From assembly GCF_036321535.1 (NCBI RefSeq), contig NC_087437.1, positions 1,984,001 to 2,048,000 of the forward strand: DNA of 64,000 bases, in the 5' to 3' direction. Positions 38,024 through 52,100 of the stretch are shown here, piece after piece. A program made the position numbers and the translations under genes. Position 1 is the first letter of the stretch, and the number at the start of each line of letters is the position of its first letter. Source of the DNA: Camelus dromedarius (taxonomy: Eukaryota). The notes beneath the pieces are model-generated. The model saw only the letters and a list, made by a program, of their open reading frames with translations, did not search any database and was not told the DNA's origin.

Positions 38024-41000
38024 GCCTTCTCCTCTTCCTCAAAGAGCTAGATAGTTATATAGACACACTAAAATTCTACTCCAACAGACAGAATTTTAAA
38101 TGACACACTATCTTACTGCTATGCCTCCCCACATAGATAGATAGCTAGCCAGATCGATAGAGAGGCAGGCAAATAGAGAGTCATACTAGTCGCCTCCTCC
38201 TCCGTTGGAGAGACGGACAGACACACACATAGTCTAGCTTCAACCATCCTCCAATAGATAGTCATTCAGGCAAGCAGTCAAACAGACAGACACACCAGAG
38301 GCGGGGTGCCGTCTGCCTACCTGGTTCGGCGGCGGGGCCCGGGGAAGAGGGTGCCCCTGGTGAACCAGAGGATTTTCTCCCATGTCCCTAGCTGCCTTGC
38401 CTCTGGGCGGCCTCCGCTAACCCAAGTTCGCCGGACGCAAGCCTTTGAAGTCAGCCTGCTCCTGGGAGCCGGCGAGGTAAGGACAGGGGAAGTGGTCAGC
38501 GGCAGACACGGAGGCGGCCCAGAACGCAAGAGGGATGCCTCGGCGAGTCGGTCATTTTCCTACCATCCCCCCTCTCCTGGCCTCGGGGCGGCCTCTGCTA
38601 CCGCAGGTGTGCGGCAATTAATTCTCCTTGTCAGCCAGGTCCTGGGAGTCTGTCCAGGTGAGCCCAAGGGACACGGACGTCGCGGGGAGCGGACTGCCTC
38701 GGGTTAGCCGATCAGTTTGCTCCCATCCCCACAAGCGCCTGGCCTGGGGGCGGCCTGTCCTGCGCCAGGTTCAGAGTATGCACGTTTCCAGCTCAGCCAG
38801 CCCACCCGAGGCCGGCGCGCTGTGATCAGGGTCTGCAATGAGAAGTCGGGGCTGACTCACCGAGCCCGTGTATTTGTTCAGATCTCCCTCTTGGCTGGTC
38901 CTGGGCTAGGCCTCTACTACCCTAGGTCCACGAGGTGCTCATCTCTGTGTTTTTCAGCTCCGGGGAAGCCAGTGCGGGGTGGTCAGGGGGCGGGGAGGGG
39001 GCGGGGCGGGGGCGGGGCGGGGGCAGCTACAGAGAGGGCTGAAGCGGGATGCACGGGCTGCCCAGGCAAGCCTGCGGATTTCCATCCAGTGTCCCCCTCG
39101 GCCTGCAATGCGGGCGCCCTCTGCTGCTTCAGGGTGGCAATTGGCATCCCTCCAGGTGGGTCGAGTACTGGGAGGCTTCCTCCTTTAGACAGACAGAGAG
39201 ACAAATAAAGAGACAGACAGACACACTAGCCTCTTCATCCATTGAGAAACAGCCGTATATCCTAACCTCCTCCTCCTCATTCATTATATAGGTAGACAGA
39301 TACATATATAGACAGACACACACACACACATACACACACTAGCCTCTTCCTACTCCTCAATTAAGTAGGTAGAGAGACACACTAATCTCCTCCTCCTTTA
39401 GATAATACATAGACAAACTTAATACATTTTTCTCCTCCTCCATTAGATAGATGGAAAGTGAGATTGACCGATACACCCAGTAGCCGCTACCTTCTCCTGT
39501 TAGAGATACCGAGAGATAGCCAGACACATGGGATTATTTCTTCTTCTCCATTTGATATAGATAGAGACACACTCACAGACACACAGACAGACAGACACAC
39601 TACTCTTCTCCTGCTCTGACAGACAGAGAGATAGACACTCTAGCCTCCTCCTTCTTCTCGAATACATACAGCTGCATAGATAGATATCTCCTATATAGAC
39701 ATACAGACTTACTAGCTTACTCCTCGTCCATTCGATGCACACATAGACTGTTAGACAGACACAGTAGCCTCTTCCCCTCTTTGTTACACATACTTTGATA
39801 AAGAGACCCGCACGCACACACACACACACACACACATACACACAGGCTAGCATCCTCCTCTTCCTCAAATAGGTAGATAGGGAGATAGAAACACTAAATT
39901 CCTCCTCCAACAGACAAACAAATAAAAAGAAACACTTGCCTACTGCTGTGCCTGCACCTCATAGGTCGATTTTTACACAGATTGATAGATACACAGATAG
40001 ATAGAGAGATAGATAGATAGAGAGGCAGGCAAATGGAGAGACATAATATTCGCCTCCTCATCCAGTAGCTATATAGACAGACACACACATAGTCTAGCCT
40101 CTCGCATCCTCCAATAGATAGACAATCAGCCAGGCAGTCACACATTCTGACACACGTGAGGCGGTGTGCAGTCTGGGGTTGGGCTTCAGCGGCGCCGACC
40201 GGGGACAGGTGTGCCACTGGCGAGCCATAGGACTTTATCCCATGTCCCTAGCTGCCTTGCCTGGGGGCGGCCCCCGCTCCCCCAAATTCGACGGACTGAA
40301 GCTTTCAAGTTAGCCTGCTCGTGGCAGCAGGCGTTGTAAGGAAAGTGGAAGAGGTGAGCGGCAGCTCCGGAAGCGGCAGAGCATCTAAGGGGGATGCCTC
40401 GGCGAATCGGTCATTTTCCTCCCATTTCCCCCTCTCCTGGCCTCGGGGCAGCCTCTGCTACCCCAGGAGTGCGGGATTTCGTTGTCCTTGTCAGCCAGGT
40501 CCTAGGAAGCTGTCGAGGTGTGCTCAGGGGACAGGGATGTCGCTTCTAGAGGACTGCCTCGGGTGAGCCGATCAGTTTGCTCCCATCTCCACAAGCGCCT
40601 GGCCTGGGGGCGGCCTCTCCTTCCCCAGGTTCGCAGTATGCATGTTTCCAGCTCAGCCTGTGCCCTTAGGCAGGCGCGGTGTTCTTAGGGGCTGCATTGA
40701 GGAGGCGGGGCTGCTCCACCGAGCCCGTGTATTTGCACAGATCTCCCCGTTGACCGGTCCTAGGGTTGGTCTCTGCTACCCTAGGTACACGATGTACACA
40801 TCTCGTTGTTTTCCGGCCCCCGGGAGGCAAGTGCGGGGTGGTCAGGGGGCGGGGGGGGGGTGGCGTTGGCGCCTACACAGAGGGAGGAAGAGGGATGCAC
40901 GGGCTATCCAGGGAAGCCTGTGGATTTCCATCCAGTGTCCCCCTCGGCGTGCAATGATGGCACCCTCTGCTGCTTCAGGGTGACAATTGGCATCCCTCCA

Positions 41001-43530
41001 GCTGGGCCTAATAAAGGGAGGCTTCCTCCATTAGACAGACAGAGAGACATATAAAGAGACAGACAGACACACTAGCCTCTTCATCCATTGAGAAACAGCC
41101 GTATATCCTAACCTCCTCCTCCTCATTCATTATATAGGTAGGCAGATACATATATAGACAGACACACACACACACATACACACACTAGCCTCTTCCTACT
41201 CCTCAATTATGTAGGTAGAGAGACACACTAATCTCCTCCTCCATTAGATAATACATAGACAAACTTAATACATTTTTCTCCTCCTCCATTAGATAGATGG
41301 AAAGTGAGATTGACCGATACACCCAGTAGCCGCTACCTTCTCCTGTTAGAGATACCGAGAGATAGCCAGACACATGGGATTATTTCTTCTTCTCCATTTG
41401 ATATAGATAGAGACACACTCACAGACACACAGACAGACAGACACACTACTCTTCTCCTGCTCTGACAGACAGAGAGATAGACACTCTAGCCTCCTCCTTC
41501 TTCTCGAATACATACAGCTGCATAGATAGATATCTCCTATATAGACAGACAGACTTACTAGCTTACTCCTCGTCCATTCGATGCACACATAGACTGTTAG
41601 ACAGACACAGTAGCCTCTTCCCCTCTTTGTTACACATACTTTGATAAAGAGACCCGCACGCACACACACACACACATACACACAGGCTAGCATCCTCCTC
41701 TTCCTCAAGTAGGTAGATAGGGAGATAGAAACACTAAATTCCTGCTCCGACAGACACACAAATAAAAAGACACACTTGCCTACTGCTGTGCCTGAACTAC
41801 ATAGGTCGATTTTTACACAGATTGATAGATACACAGATAGATAGAGAGATAGATAGGTAGAGAGGCAGGCAAATGGAGAGACATAATTTTCGCCTCCTCC
41901 TCCAGTAGATATATAGACAGACACACACATAGTCTAGCCTCTCGCATCCTCCAATAGATAGACAATCAGCCAGGCAGTCAGACAGACTGACACACGTGAG
42001 GCGCTGTGCAGTTTGGGGTTGGGTTTCAGCGGCGTCCACCGGGGACAGTTGTGCCCCTGGCGAGTCATAGGATTTTATCCCATGTCCCTAGCTGCCTTGC
42101 CTGCGGGCGGCCCCCGCTCCCCCAAATTCGACGAACTGAAGCTTTCAAGTTAGCCTGCTCGTGGCAGCAGGCGTTGTAAGGAAAGTGGAAGAGGTCAGCG
42201 GCAGCTCCGGAAGCGGCAGAGCATCTAAGGGGGATGCCTTGGCGAATCGGTCATTTTCCTCCCATTTCCCCCTCTCCTGGCCTCGGGGCAGCCTCTGCTA
42301 CCGCAGGAGTGCGGGATTTCGTTGTCCTTCTCAGCCAGGTCCTAGGAAGCTGTCGAGGTGTGCTCAGGGAACAGGGATTTTACTTCTAGAGGACTGCCTC
42401 GGGTGAGCCGATCAGTTTGCTCCCATCTCCAAAAGCGCCTGGCCTGGGGGCGGCCTCTCCTTCCCCAGGTTCCCAGTATGCATGTTTCCAGCTCAGCCTG
42501 TGCCCTTAGGCAGGCGCGGTGTTCTTAGGGGCTGCATTGAGGAGGCGGGGCTGCTCCACCGAGCCCGTGTATTTGCACAGATCTCCCCGTTGACCGGTCC
42601 TAGGGTTGGTCTCTGCTACCCTAGTTACACGATGTACACATCTCGGTGTTTTCCGGCTCCCGGGAGGCAAGTGCGGGGTGGTCAGGGGGCGGGGTGGGGG
42701 GTTGGAGTGGCGGTGGCGCCTACACAGAGGGAAGAAGAGGGATGCACGGGCTGTCCAGGGAAGCCTGTGGATTTCCATCCAGTGTCCCCCTCGGCGTGCA
42801 ATAAGGGCGCCCTCTGCTGCTTCAGGGTGGGATTTGGCAACCCTCCAGCTGGGCCTAATAAAGGGAGGCTTCCTCCATTAGAGAGAGAGACATAAAATAG
42901 ACAGACAGACACACTAGCCTCTTCCTCCATTTAGAAACACCCATATGTCTTAACCTTCTCCTCCTAATCCATTATATAGGTAGACAGATACATACATAGA
43001 CAGACAGACAGACAGACACACACACACACACAAACCCAAACCCACACACAACCTTCCCTCCTACCAGTCCTCAATTAAGTAGGTAGAGAGACACACTAAT
43101 CGCCTTCTCCATTAGATAATAAACAGACAAACGGTATAGACTATTTCTACTCCTCATTTAGATAGATGGAATGTGAGACTGACGCATTCACACACTAGCC
43201 TCTACCTTCTCCTGTTAGAGAGACAGACAGATAGCCAGACTCATGAAATCCTCCATCTTCTCCATTAGATATACATAGAGAAATCTCTAAGATGCACAGT
43301 GAGACAAACACTAGTCTTCTCCTCCTCTGACAGGCCGAGGGATAGATAATCAAGCCTCCTCATTCTTTTCCATTAGGTATAGTTACATACATACATATCT
43401 GATAATAGACAGCCAGACAGACATACTAGCCTACTCTTCCTCCATCAGATACATACATAGACTGATAGACAGATACAGTAGGCTCCTCCCCCTTTAGATA
43501 CAGATACATAGATAGACATCCCCACGAGCC

Positions 43531-43571
<41 letters not shown>

Positions 43572-46500
43572 GCCTTCTCCTCTTCCTCAAAGAGCTAGAT
43601 AGTTATATAGACACACTAAAATTCTACTCCAACAGACAGAATTTTAAATGACACACTATCTTACTGCTATGCCTCCCCACATAGATAGATAGCTAGCCAG
43701 ATCGATAGAGAGGCAGGCAAATAGAGAGTCATACTAGTCGCCTCCTCCTCCGTTGGAGAGACAGACAGACACACACATAGTCTAGCTTCAACCATCCTCC
43801 AATAGATAGTCATTCAGGCAAGCAGTCAAACAGACAGACACACCAGAGGCGGGGTGCCGTCTGCCTACCTGGTTCGGCGGCGGGGCCCGGGGAAGAGGGT
43901 GCCCCTGGTGAACCAGAGGATTTTCTCCCATGTCCCTAGCTGCCTTGCCTCTGGGCGGCCTCCGCTAACCCAAGTTCGCCGGACGCAAGCCTTTGAAGTC
44001 AGCCTGCTCCTGGGAGCCGGCGAGGTAAGGACAGGGGAAGTGGTCAGCGGCAGACACGGAGGCGGCCCAGAACGCAAGAGGGATGCCTCGGCGAGTCGGT
44101 CATTTTCCTACCATCCCCCCTCTCCTGGCCTCGGGGCGGCCTCTGCTACCGCAGGTGTGCGGCAATTAATTCTCCTTGTCAGCCAGGTCCTGGGAGTCTG
44201 TCCAGGTGAGCCCAAGGGACACGGACGTCGCGGGGAGCGGACTGCCTCGGGTTAGCCGATCAGTTTGCTCCCATCCCCACAAGCGCCTGGCCTGGGGGCG
44301 GCCTGTCCTGCGCCAGGTTCAGAGTATGCACGTTTCCAGCTCAGCCAGCCCACCCGAGGCCGGCGCGCTGTGATCAGGGTCTGCAATGAGAAGTCGGGGC
44401 TGACTCACCGAGCCCGTGTATTTGTTCAGATCTCCCTCTTGGCTGGTCCTGGGCTAGGCCTCTACTACCCTAGGTCCACGAGGTGCTCATCTCTGTGTTT
44501 TTCAGCTCCGGGGAAGCCAGTGCGGGGTGGTCAGGGGGCGGGGAGGGGGCGGGGCGGGGGCGGGGCGGGGGCAGCTACAGAGAGGGCTGAAGCGGGATGC
44601 ACGGGCTGCCCAGGCAAGCCTGCGGAATTCCATCCAGTGCCCCCTCGGCCTGCAATGCGGGCGCCCTCTGCTGCTTCAGGGTGGCAATTGGCATCCCTCC
44701 AGGTGGGTCGAGTACTGGGAGGCTTCCTCCTTTAGACAGACAGAGAGACAAATAAAGAGACAGACAGACACACTAGCCTCTTCATCCATTGAGAAACAGC
44801 CGTATATCCTAACCTCCTCCTCCTCATTCATTATATAGGTAGACAGATACATATATAGACAGACACACACACACACATACACACACTAGCCTCTTCCTAC
44901 TCCTCAATTAAGTAGGTAGAGAGACACACTAATCTCCTCCTCCTTTAGATAATACATAGACAAACTTAATACATTTTTCTCCTCCTCCATTAGATAGATG
45001 GAAAGTGAGATTGACCGATACACCCAGTAGCCGCTACCTTCTCCTGTTAGAGATACCGAGAGATAGCCAGACACATGGGATTATTTCTTCTTCTCCATTT
45101 GATATAGATAGAGACACACTCACAGACACACAGACAGACAGACACACTACTCTTCTCCTGCTCTGACAGACAGAGAGATAGACACTCTAGCCTCCTCCTT
45201 CTTCTCGAATACATACAGCTGCATAGATAGATATCTCCTATATAGACATACAGACTTACTAGCTTACTCCTCGTCCATTCGATGCACACATAGACTGTTA
45301 GACAGACACAGTAGCCTCTTCCCCTCTTTGTTACACATACTTTGATAAAGAGACCCGCACGCACACACACACACACACACACATACACACAGGCTAGCAT
45401 CCTCCTCTTCCTCAAATAGGTAGATAGGGAGATAGAAACACTAAATTCCTCCTCCAACAGACAAACAAATAAAAAGAAACACTTGCCTACTGCTGTGCCT
45501 GCACCTCATAGGTCGATTTTTACACAGATTGATAGATACACAGATAGATAGAGAGATAGATAGATAGAGAGGCAGGCAAATGGAGAGACATAATATTCGC
45601 CTCCTCATCCAGTAGCTATATAGACAGACACACACATAGTCTAGCCTCTCGCATCCTCCAATAGATAGACAATCAGCCAGGCAGTCACACATTCTGACAC
45701 ACGTGAGGCGGTGTGCAGTCTGGGGTTGGGCTTCAGCGGCGCCGACCGGGGACAGGTGTGCCACTGGCGAGCCATAGGACTTTATCCCATGTCCCTAGCT
45801 GCCTTGCCTGGGGGCGGCCCCCGCTCCCCCAAATTCGACGGACTGAAGCTTTCAAGTTAGCCTGCTCGTGGCAGCAGGCGTTGTAAGGAAAGTGGAAGAG
45901 GTGAGCGGCAGCTCCGGAAGCGGCAGAGCATCTAAGGGGGATGCCTCGGCGAATCGGTCATTTTCCTCCCATTTCCCCCTCTCCTGGCCTCGGGGCAGCC
46001 TCTGCTACCCCAGGAGTGCGGGATTTCGTTGTCCTTGTCAGCCAGGTCCTAGGAAGCTGTCGAGGTGTGCTCAGGGGACAGGGATGTCGCTTCTAGAGGA
46101 CTGCCTCGGGTGAGCCGATCAGTTTGCTCCCATCTCCACAAGCGCCTGGCCTGGGGGCGGCCTCTCCTTCCCCAGGTTCGCAGTATGCATGTTTCCAGCT
46201 CAGCCTGTGCCCTTAGGCAGGCGCGGTGTTCTTAGGGGCTGCATTGAGGAGGCGGGGCTGCTCCACCGAGCCCGTGTATTTGCACAGATCTCCCCGTTGA
46301 CCGGTCCTAGGGTTGGTCTCTGCTACCCTAGGTACACGATGTACACATCTCGTTGTTTTCCGGCCCCCGGGAGGCAAGTGCGGGGTGGTCAGGGGGCGGG
46401 GGGGGGGTGGCGTTGGCGCCTACACAGAGGGAGGAAGAGGGATGCACGGGCTATCCAGGGAAGCCTGTGGATTTCCATCCAGTGTCCCCCTCGGCGTGCA

Positions 46501-49077
46501 ATGATGGCACCCTCTGCTGCTTCAGGGTGACAATTGGCATCCCTCCAGCTGGGCCTAATAAAGGGAGGCTTCCTCCATTAGACAGACAGAGAGACATATA
46601 AAGAGACAGACAGACACACTAGCCTCTTCATCCATTGAGAAACAGCCGTATATCCTAACCTCCTCCTCCTCATTCATTATATAGGTAGGCAGATACATAT
46701 ATAGACAGACACACACACACACATACACACACTAGCCTCTTCCTACTCCTCAATTATGTAGGTAGAGAGACACACTAATCTCCTCCTCCATTAGATAATA
46801 CATAGACAAACTTAATACATTTTTCTCCTCCTCCATTAGATAGATGGAAAGTGAGATTGACCGATACACCCAGTAGCCGCTACCTTCTCCTGTTAGAGAT
46901 ACCGAGAGATAGCCAGACACATGGGATTATTTCTTCTTCTCCATTTGATATAGATAGAGACACACTCACAGACACACAGACAGACAGACACACTACTCTT
47001 CTCCTGCTCTGACAGACAGAGAGATAGACACTCTAGCCTCCTCCTTCTTCTCGAATACATACAGCTGCATAGATAGATATCTCCTATATAGACAGACAGA
47101 CTTACTAGCTTACTCCTCGTCCATTCGATGCACACATAGACTGTTAGACAGACACAGTAGCCTCTTCCCCTCTTTGTTACACATACTTTGATAAAGAGAC
47201 CCGCACGCACACACACACACACATACACACAGGCTAGCATCCTCCTCTTCCTCAAGTAGGTAGATAGGGAGATAGAAACACTAAATTCCTGCTCCGACAG
47301 ACACACAAATAAAAAGACACACTTGCCTACTGCTGTGCCTGAACTACATAGGTCGATTTTTACACAGATTGATAGATACACAGATAGATAGAGAGATAGA
47401 TAGGTAGAGAGGCAGGCAAATGGAGAGACATAATTTTCGCCTCCTCCTCCAGTAGATATATAGACAGACACACACATAGTCTAGCCTCTCGCATCCTCCA
47501 ATAGATAGACAATCAGCCAGGCAGTCAGACAGACTGACACACGTGAGGCGCTGTGCAGTTTGGGGTTGGGTTTCAGCGGCGTCCACCGGGGACAGTTGTG
47601 CCCCTGGCGAGTCATAGGATTTTATCCCATGTCCCTAGCTGCCTTGCCTGCGGGCGGCCCCCGCTCCCCCAAATTCGACGAACTGAAGCTTTCAAGTTAG
47701 CCTGCTCGTGGCAGCAGGCGTTGTAAGGAAAGTGGAAGAGGTCAGCGGCAGCTCCGGAAGCGGCAGAGCATCTAAGGGGGATGCCTTGGCGAATCGGTCA
47801 TTTTCCTCCCATTTCCCCCTCTCCTGGCCTCGGGGCAGCCTCTGCTACCGCAGGAGTGCGGGATTTCGTTGTCCTTCTCAGCCAGGTCCTAGGAAGCTGT
47901 CGAGGTGTGCTCAGGGAACAGGGATTTTACTTCTAGAGGACTGCCTCGGGTGAGCCGATCAGTTTGCTCCCATCTCCAAAAGCGCCTGGCCTGGGGGCGG
48001 CCTCTCCTTCCCCAGGTTCCCAGTATGCATGTTTCCAGCTCAGCCTGTGCCCTTAGGCAGGCGCGGTGTTCTTAGGGGCTGCATTGAGGAGGCGGGGCTG
48101 CTCCACCGAGCCCGTGTATTTGCACAGATCTCCCCGTTGACCGGTCCTAGGGTTGGTCTCTGCTACCCTAGTTACACGATGTACACATCTCGGTGTTTTC
48201 CGGCTCCCGGGAGGCAAGTGCGGGGTGGTCAGGGGGCGGGGTGGGGGGTTGGAGTGGCGGTGGCGCCTACACAGAGGGAAGAAGAGGGATGCACGGGCTG
48301 TCCAGGGAAGCCTGTGGATTTCCATCCAGTGTCCCCCTCGGCGTGCAATAAGGGCGCCCTCTGCTGCTTCAGGGTGGGATTTGGCAACCCTCCAGCTGGG
48401 CCTAATAAAGGGAGGCTTCCTCCATTAGAGAGAGAGACATAAAATAGACAGACAGACACACTAGCCTCTTCCTCCATTTAGAAACACCCATATGTCTTAA
48501 CCTTCTCCTCCTAATCCATTATATAGGTAGACAGATACATACATAGACAGACAGACAGACAGACACACACACACACACAAACCCAAACCCACACACAACC
48601 TTCCCTCCTACCAGTCCTCAATTAAGTAGGTAGAGAGACACACTAATCGCCTTCTCCATTAGATAATAAACAGACAAACGGTATAGACTATTTCTACTCC
48701 TCATTTAGATAGATGGAATGTGAGACTGACGCATTCACACACTAGCCTCTACCTTCTCCTGTTAGAGAGACAGACAGATAGCCAGACTCATGAAATCCTC
48801 CATCTTCTCCATTAGATATACATAGAGAAATCTCTAAGATGCACAGTGAGACAAACACTAGTCTTCTCCTCCTCTGACAGGCCGAGGGATAGATAATCAA
48901 GCCTCCTCATTCTTTTCCATTAGGTATAGTTACATACATACATATCTGATAATAGACAGCCAGACAGACATACTAGCCTACTCTTCCTCCATCAGATACA
49001 TACATAGACTGATAGACAGATACAGTAGGCTCCTCCCCCTTTAGATACAGATACATAGATAGACATCCCCACGAGCC

Positions 49078-49118
<41 letters not shown>

Positions 49119-52100
49119 GCCTTCTCCTCTTCCTCAAAGAGCTAGATAGTTATATAGACACACTAAAATTCTACTCCAACAGACAGAATTTTAAATGACA
49201 CACTATCTTACTGCTATGCCTCCCCACATAGATAGATAGCTAGCCAGATCGATAGAGAGGCAGGCAAATAGAGAGTCATACTAGTCGCCTCCTCCTCCGT
49301 TGGAGAGACAGACAGACACACACATAGTCTAGCTTCAACCATCCTCCAATAGATAGTCATTCAGGCAAGCAGTCAAACAGACAGACACACCAGAGGCGGG
49401 GTGCCGTCTGCCTACCTGGTTCGGCGGCGGGGCCCGGGGAAGAGGGTGCCCCTGGTGAACCAGAGGATTTTCTCCCATGTCCCTAGCTGCCTTGCCTCTG
49501 GGCGGCCTCCGCTAACCCAAGTTCGCCGGACGCAAGCCTTTGAAGTCAGCCTGCTCCTGGGAGCCGGCGAGGTAAGGACAGGGGAAGTGGTCAGCGGCAG
49601 ACACGGAGGCGGCCCAGAACGCAAGAGGGATGCCTCGGCGAGTCGGTCATTTTCCTACCATCCCCCCTCTCCTGGCCTCGGGGCGGCCTCTGCTACCGCA
49701 GGTGTGCGGCAATTAATTCTCCTTGTCAGCCAGGTCCTGGGAGTCTGTCCAGGTGAGCCCAAGGGACACGGACGTCGCGGGGAGCGGACTGCCTCGGGTT
49801 AGCCGATCAGTTTGCTCCCATCCCCACAAGCGCCTGGCCTGGGGGCGGCCTGTCCTGCGCCAGGTTCAGAGTATGCACGTTTCCAGCTCAGCCAGCCCAC
49901 CCGAGGCCGGCGCGCTGTGATCAGGGTCTGCAATGAGAAGTCGGGGCTGACTCACCGAGCCCGTGTATTTGTTCAGATCTCCCTCTTGGCTGGTCCTGGG
50001 CTAGGCCTCTACTACCCTAGGTCCACGAGGTGCTCATCTCTGTGTTTTTCAGCTCCGGGGAAGCCAGTGCGGGGTGGTCAGGGGGCGGGGAGGGGGCGGG
50101 GCGGGGGCGGGGCGGGGGCAGCTACAGAGAGGGCTGAAGCGGGATGCACGGGCTGCCCAGGCAAGCCTGCGGAATTCCATCCAGTGCCCCCTCGGCCTGC
50201 AATGCGGGCGCCCTCTGCTGCTTCAGGGTGGCAATTGGCATCCCTCCAGGTGGGTCGAGTACTGGGAGGCTTCCTCCTTTAGACAGACAGAGAGACAAAT
50301 AAAGAGACAGACAGACACACTAGCCTCTTCATCCATTGAGAAACAGCCGTATATCCTAACCTCCTCCTCCTCATTCATTATATAGGTAGACAGATACATA
50401 TATAGACAGACACACACACACACATACACACACTAGCCTCTTCCTACTCCTCAATTAAGTAGGTAGAGAGACACACTAATCTCCTCCTCCTTTAGATAAT
50501 ACATAGACAAACTTAATACATTTTTCTCCTCCTCCATTAGATAGATGGAAAGTGAGATTGACCGATACACCCAGTAGCCGCTACCTTCTCCTGTTAGAGA
50601 TACCGAGAGATAGCCAGACACATGGGATTATTTCTTCTTCTCCATTTGATATAGATAGAGACACACTCACAGACACACAGACAGACAGACACACTACTCT
50701 TCTCCTGCTCTGACAGACAGAGAGATAGACACTCTAGCCTCCTCCTTCTTCTCGAATACATACAGCTGCATAGATAGATATCTCCTATATAGACAGACAG
50801 ACTTACTAGCTTACTCCTCGTCCATTCGATGCACACATAGACTGTTAGACAGACACAGTAGCCTCTTCCCCTCTTTTTTACACATACTTTGATAAAGAGA
50901 CCCGCACGCACACACACACACACACACACATACACACAGGCTAGCATCCTCCTCTTCCTCAAATAGGTAGATAGGGAGATAGAAACACTAAATTCCTCCT
51001 CCAACAGACAAACAAATAAAAAGAAACACTTGCCTACTGCTGTGCCTGCACCTCATAGGTCGATTTTTACACAGATTGATAGATACACAGATAGATAGAG
51101 AGATAGATAGATAGAGAGGCAGGCAAATGGAGAGACATAATATTCGCCTCCTCATCCAGTAGCTATATAGACAGACACACACATAGTCTAGCCTCTCGCA
51201 TCCTCCAATAGATAGACAATCAGCCAGGCAGTCACACATTCTGACACACGTGAGGCGGTGTGCAGTCTGGGGTTGGGCTTCAGCGGCGCCGACCGGGGAC
51301 AGGTGTGCCACTGGCGAGCCATAGGACTTTATCCCATGTCCCTAGCTGCCTTGCCTGGGGGCGGCCCCCGCTCCCCCAAATTCGACGGACTGAAGCTTTC
51401 AAGTTAGCCTGCTCGTGGCAGCAGGCGTTGTAAGGAAAGTGGAAGAGGTCAGCGGCAGCTCCGGAAGCGGCAGAGCATCTAAGGGGGATGCCTTGGCGAA
51501 TCGGTCATTTTCCTCCCATTTCCCCCTCTCCTGGCCTCGGGGCAGCCTCTGCTACCGCAGGAGTGCGGGATTTCGTTGTCCTTCTCAGCCAGGTCCTAGG
51601 AAGCTGTCGAGGTGTGCTCAGGGAACAGGGATTTTACTTCTAGAGGACTGCCTCGGGTGAGCCGATCAGTTTGCTCCCATCTCCAAAAGCGCCTGGCCTG
51701 GGGGCGGCCTCTCCTTCCCCAGGTTCGCAGTATGCATGTTTCCAGCTCAGCCTGTGCCCTTAGGCAGGCGCGGTGTTCTTAGGGGCTGCATTGAGGAGGC
51801 GGGGCTGCTCCACCGAGCCCGTGTATTTGCACAGATCTCCCCGTTGACCGGTCCTAGGGTTGGTCTCTGCTACCCTAGTTACACGATGTACACATCTCGT
51901 TGTTTTCCGGCTCCCGGGAGGCAAGTGCGGGGTGGTCAGGGGGCGGGGTGGGGGGTTGGAGTGGCGGTGGCGCCTACACAGAGGGAAGAAGAGGGATGCA
52001 CGGGCTGTCCAGGGAAGCCTGTGGATTTCCATCCAGTGTCCCCCTCGGCGTGAAATAAGCCCGCCCTCTGCTGCTTCAGGGTGGGATTTGACAACCCTCC

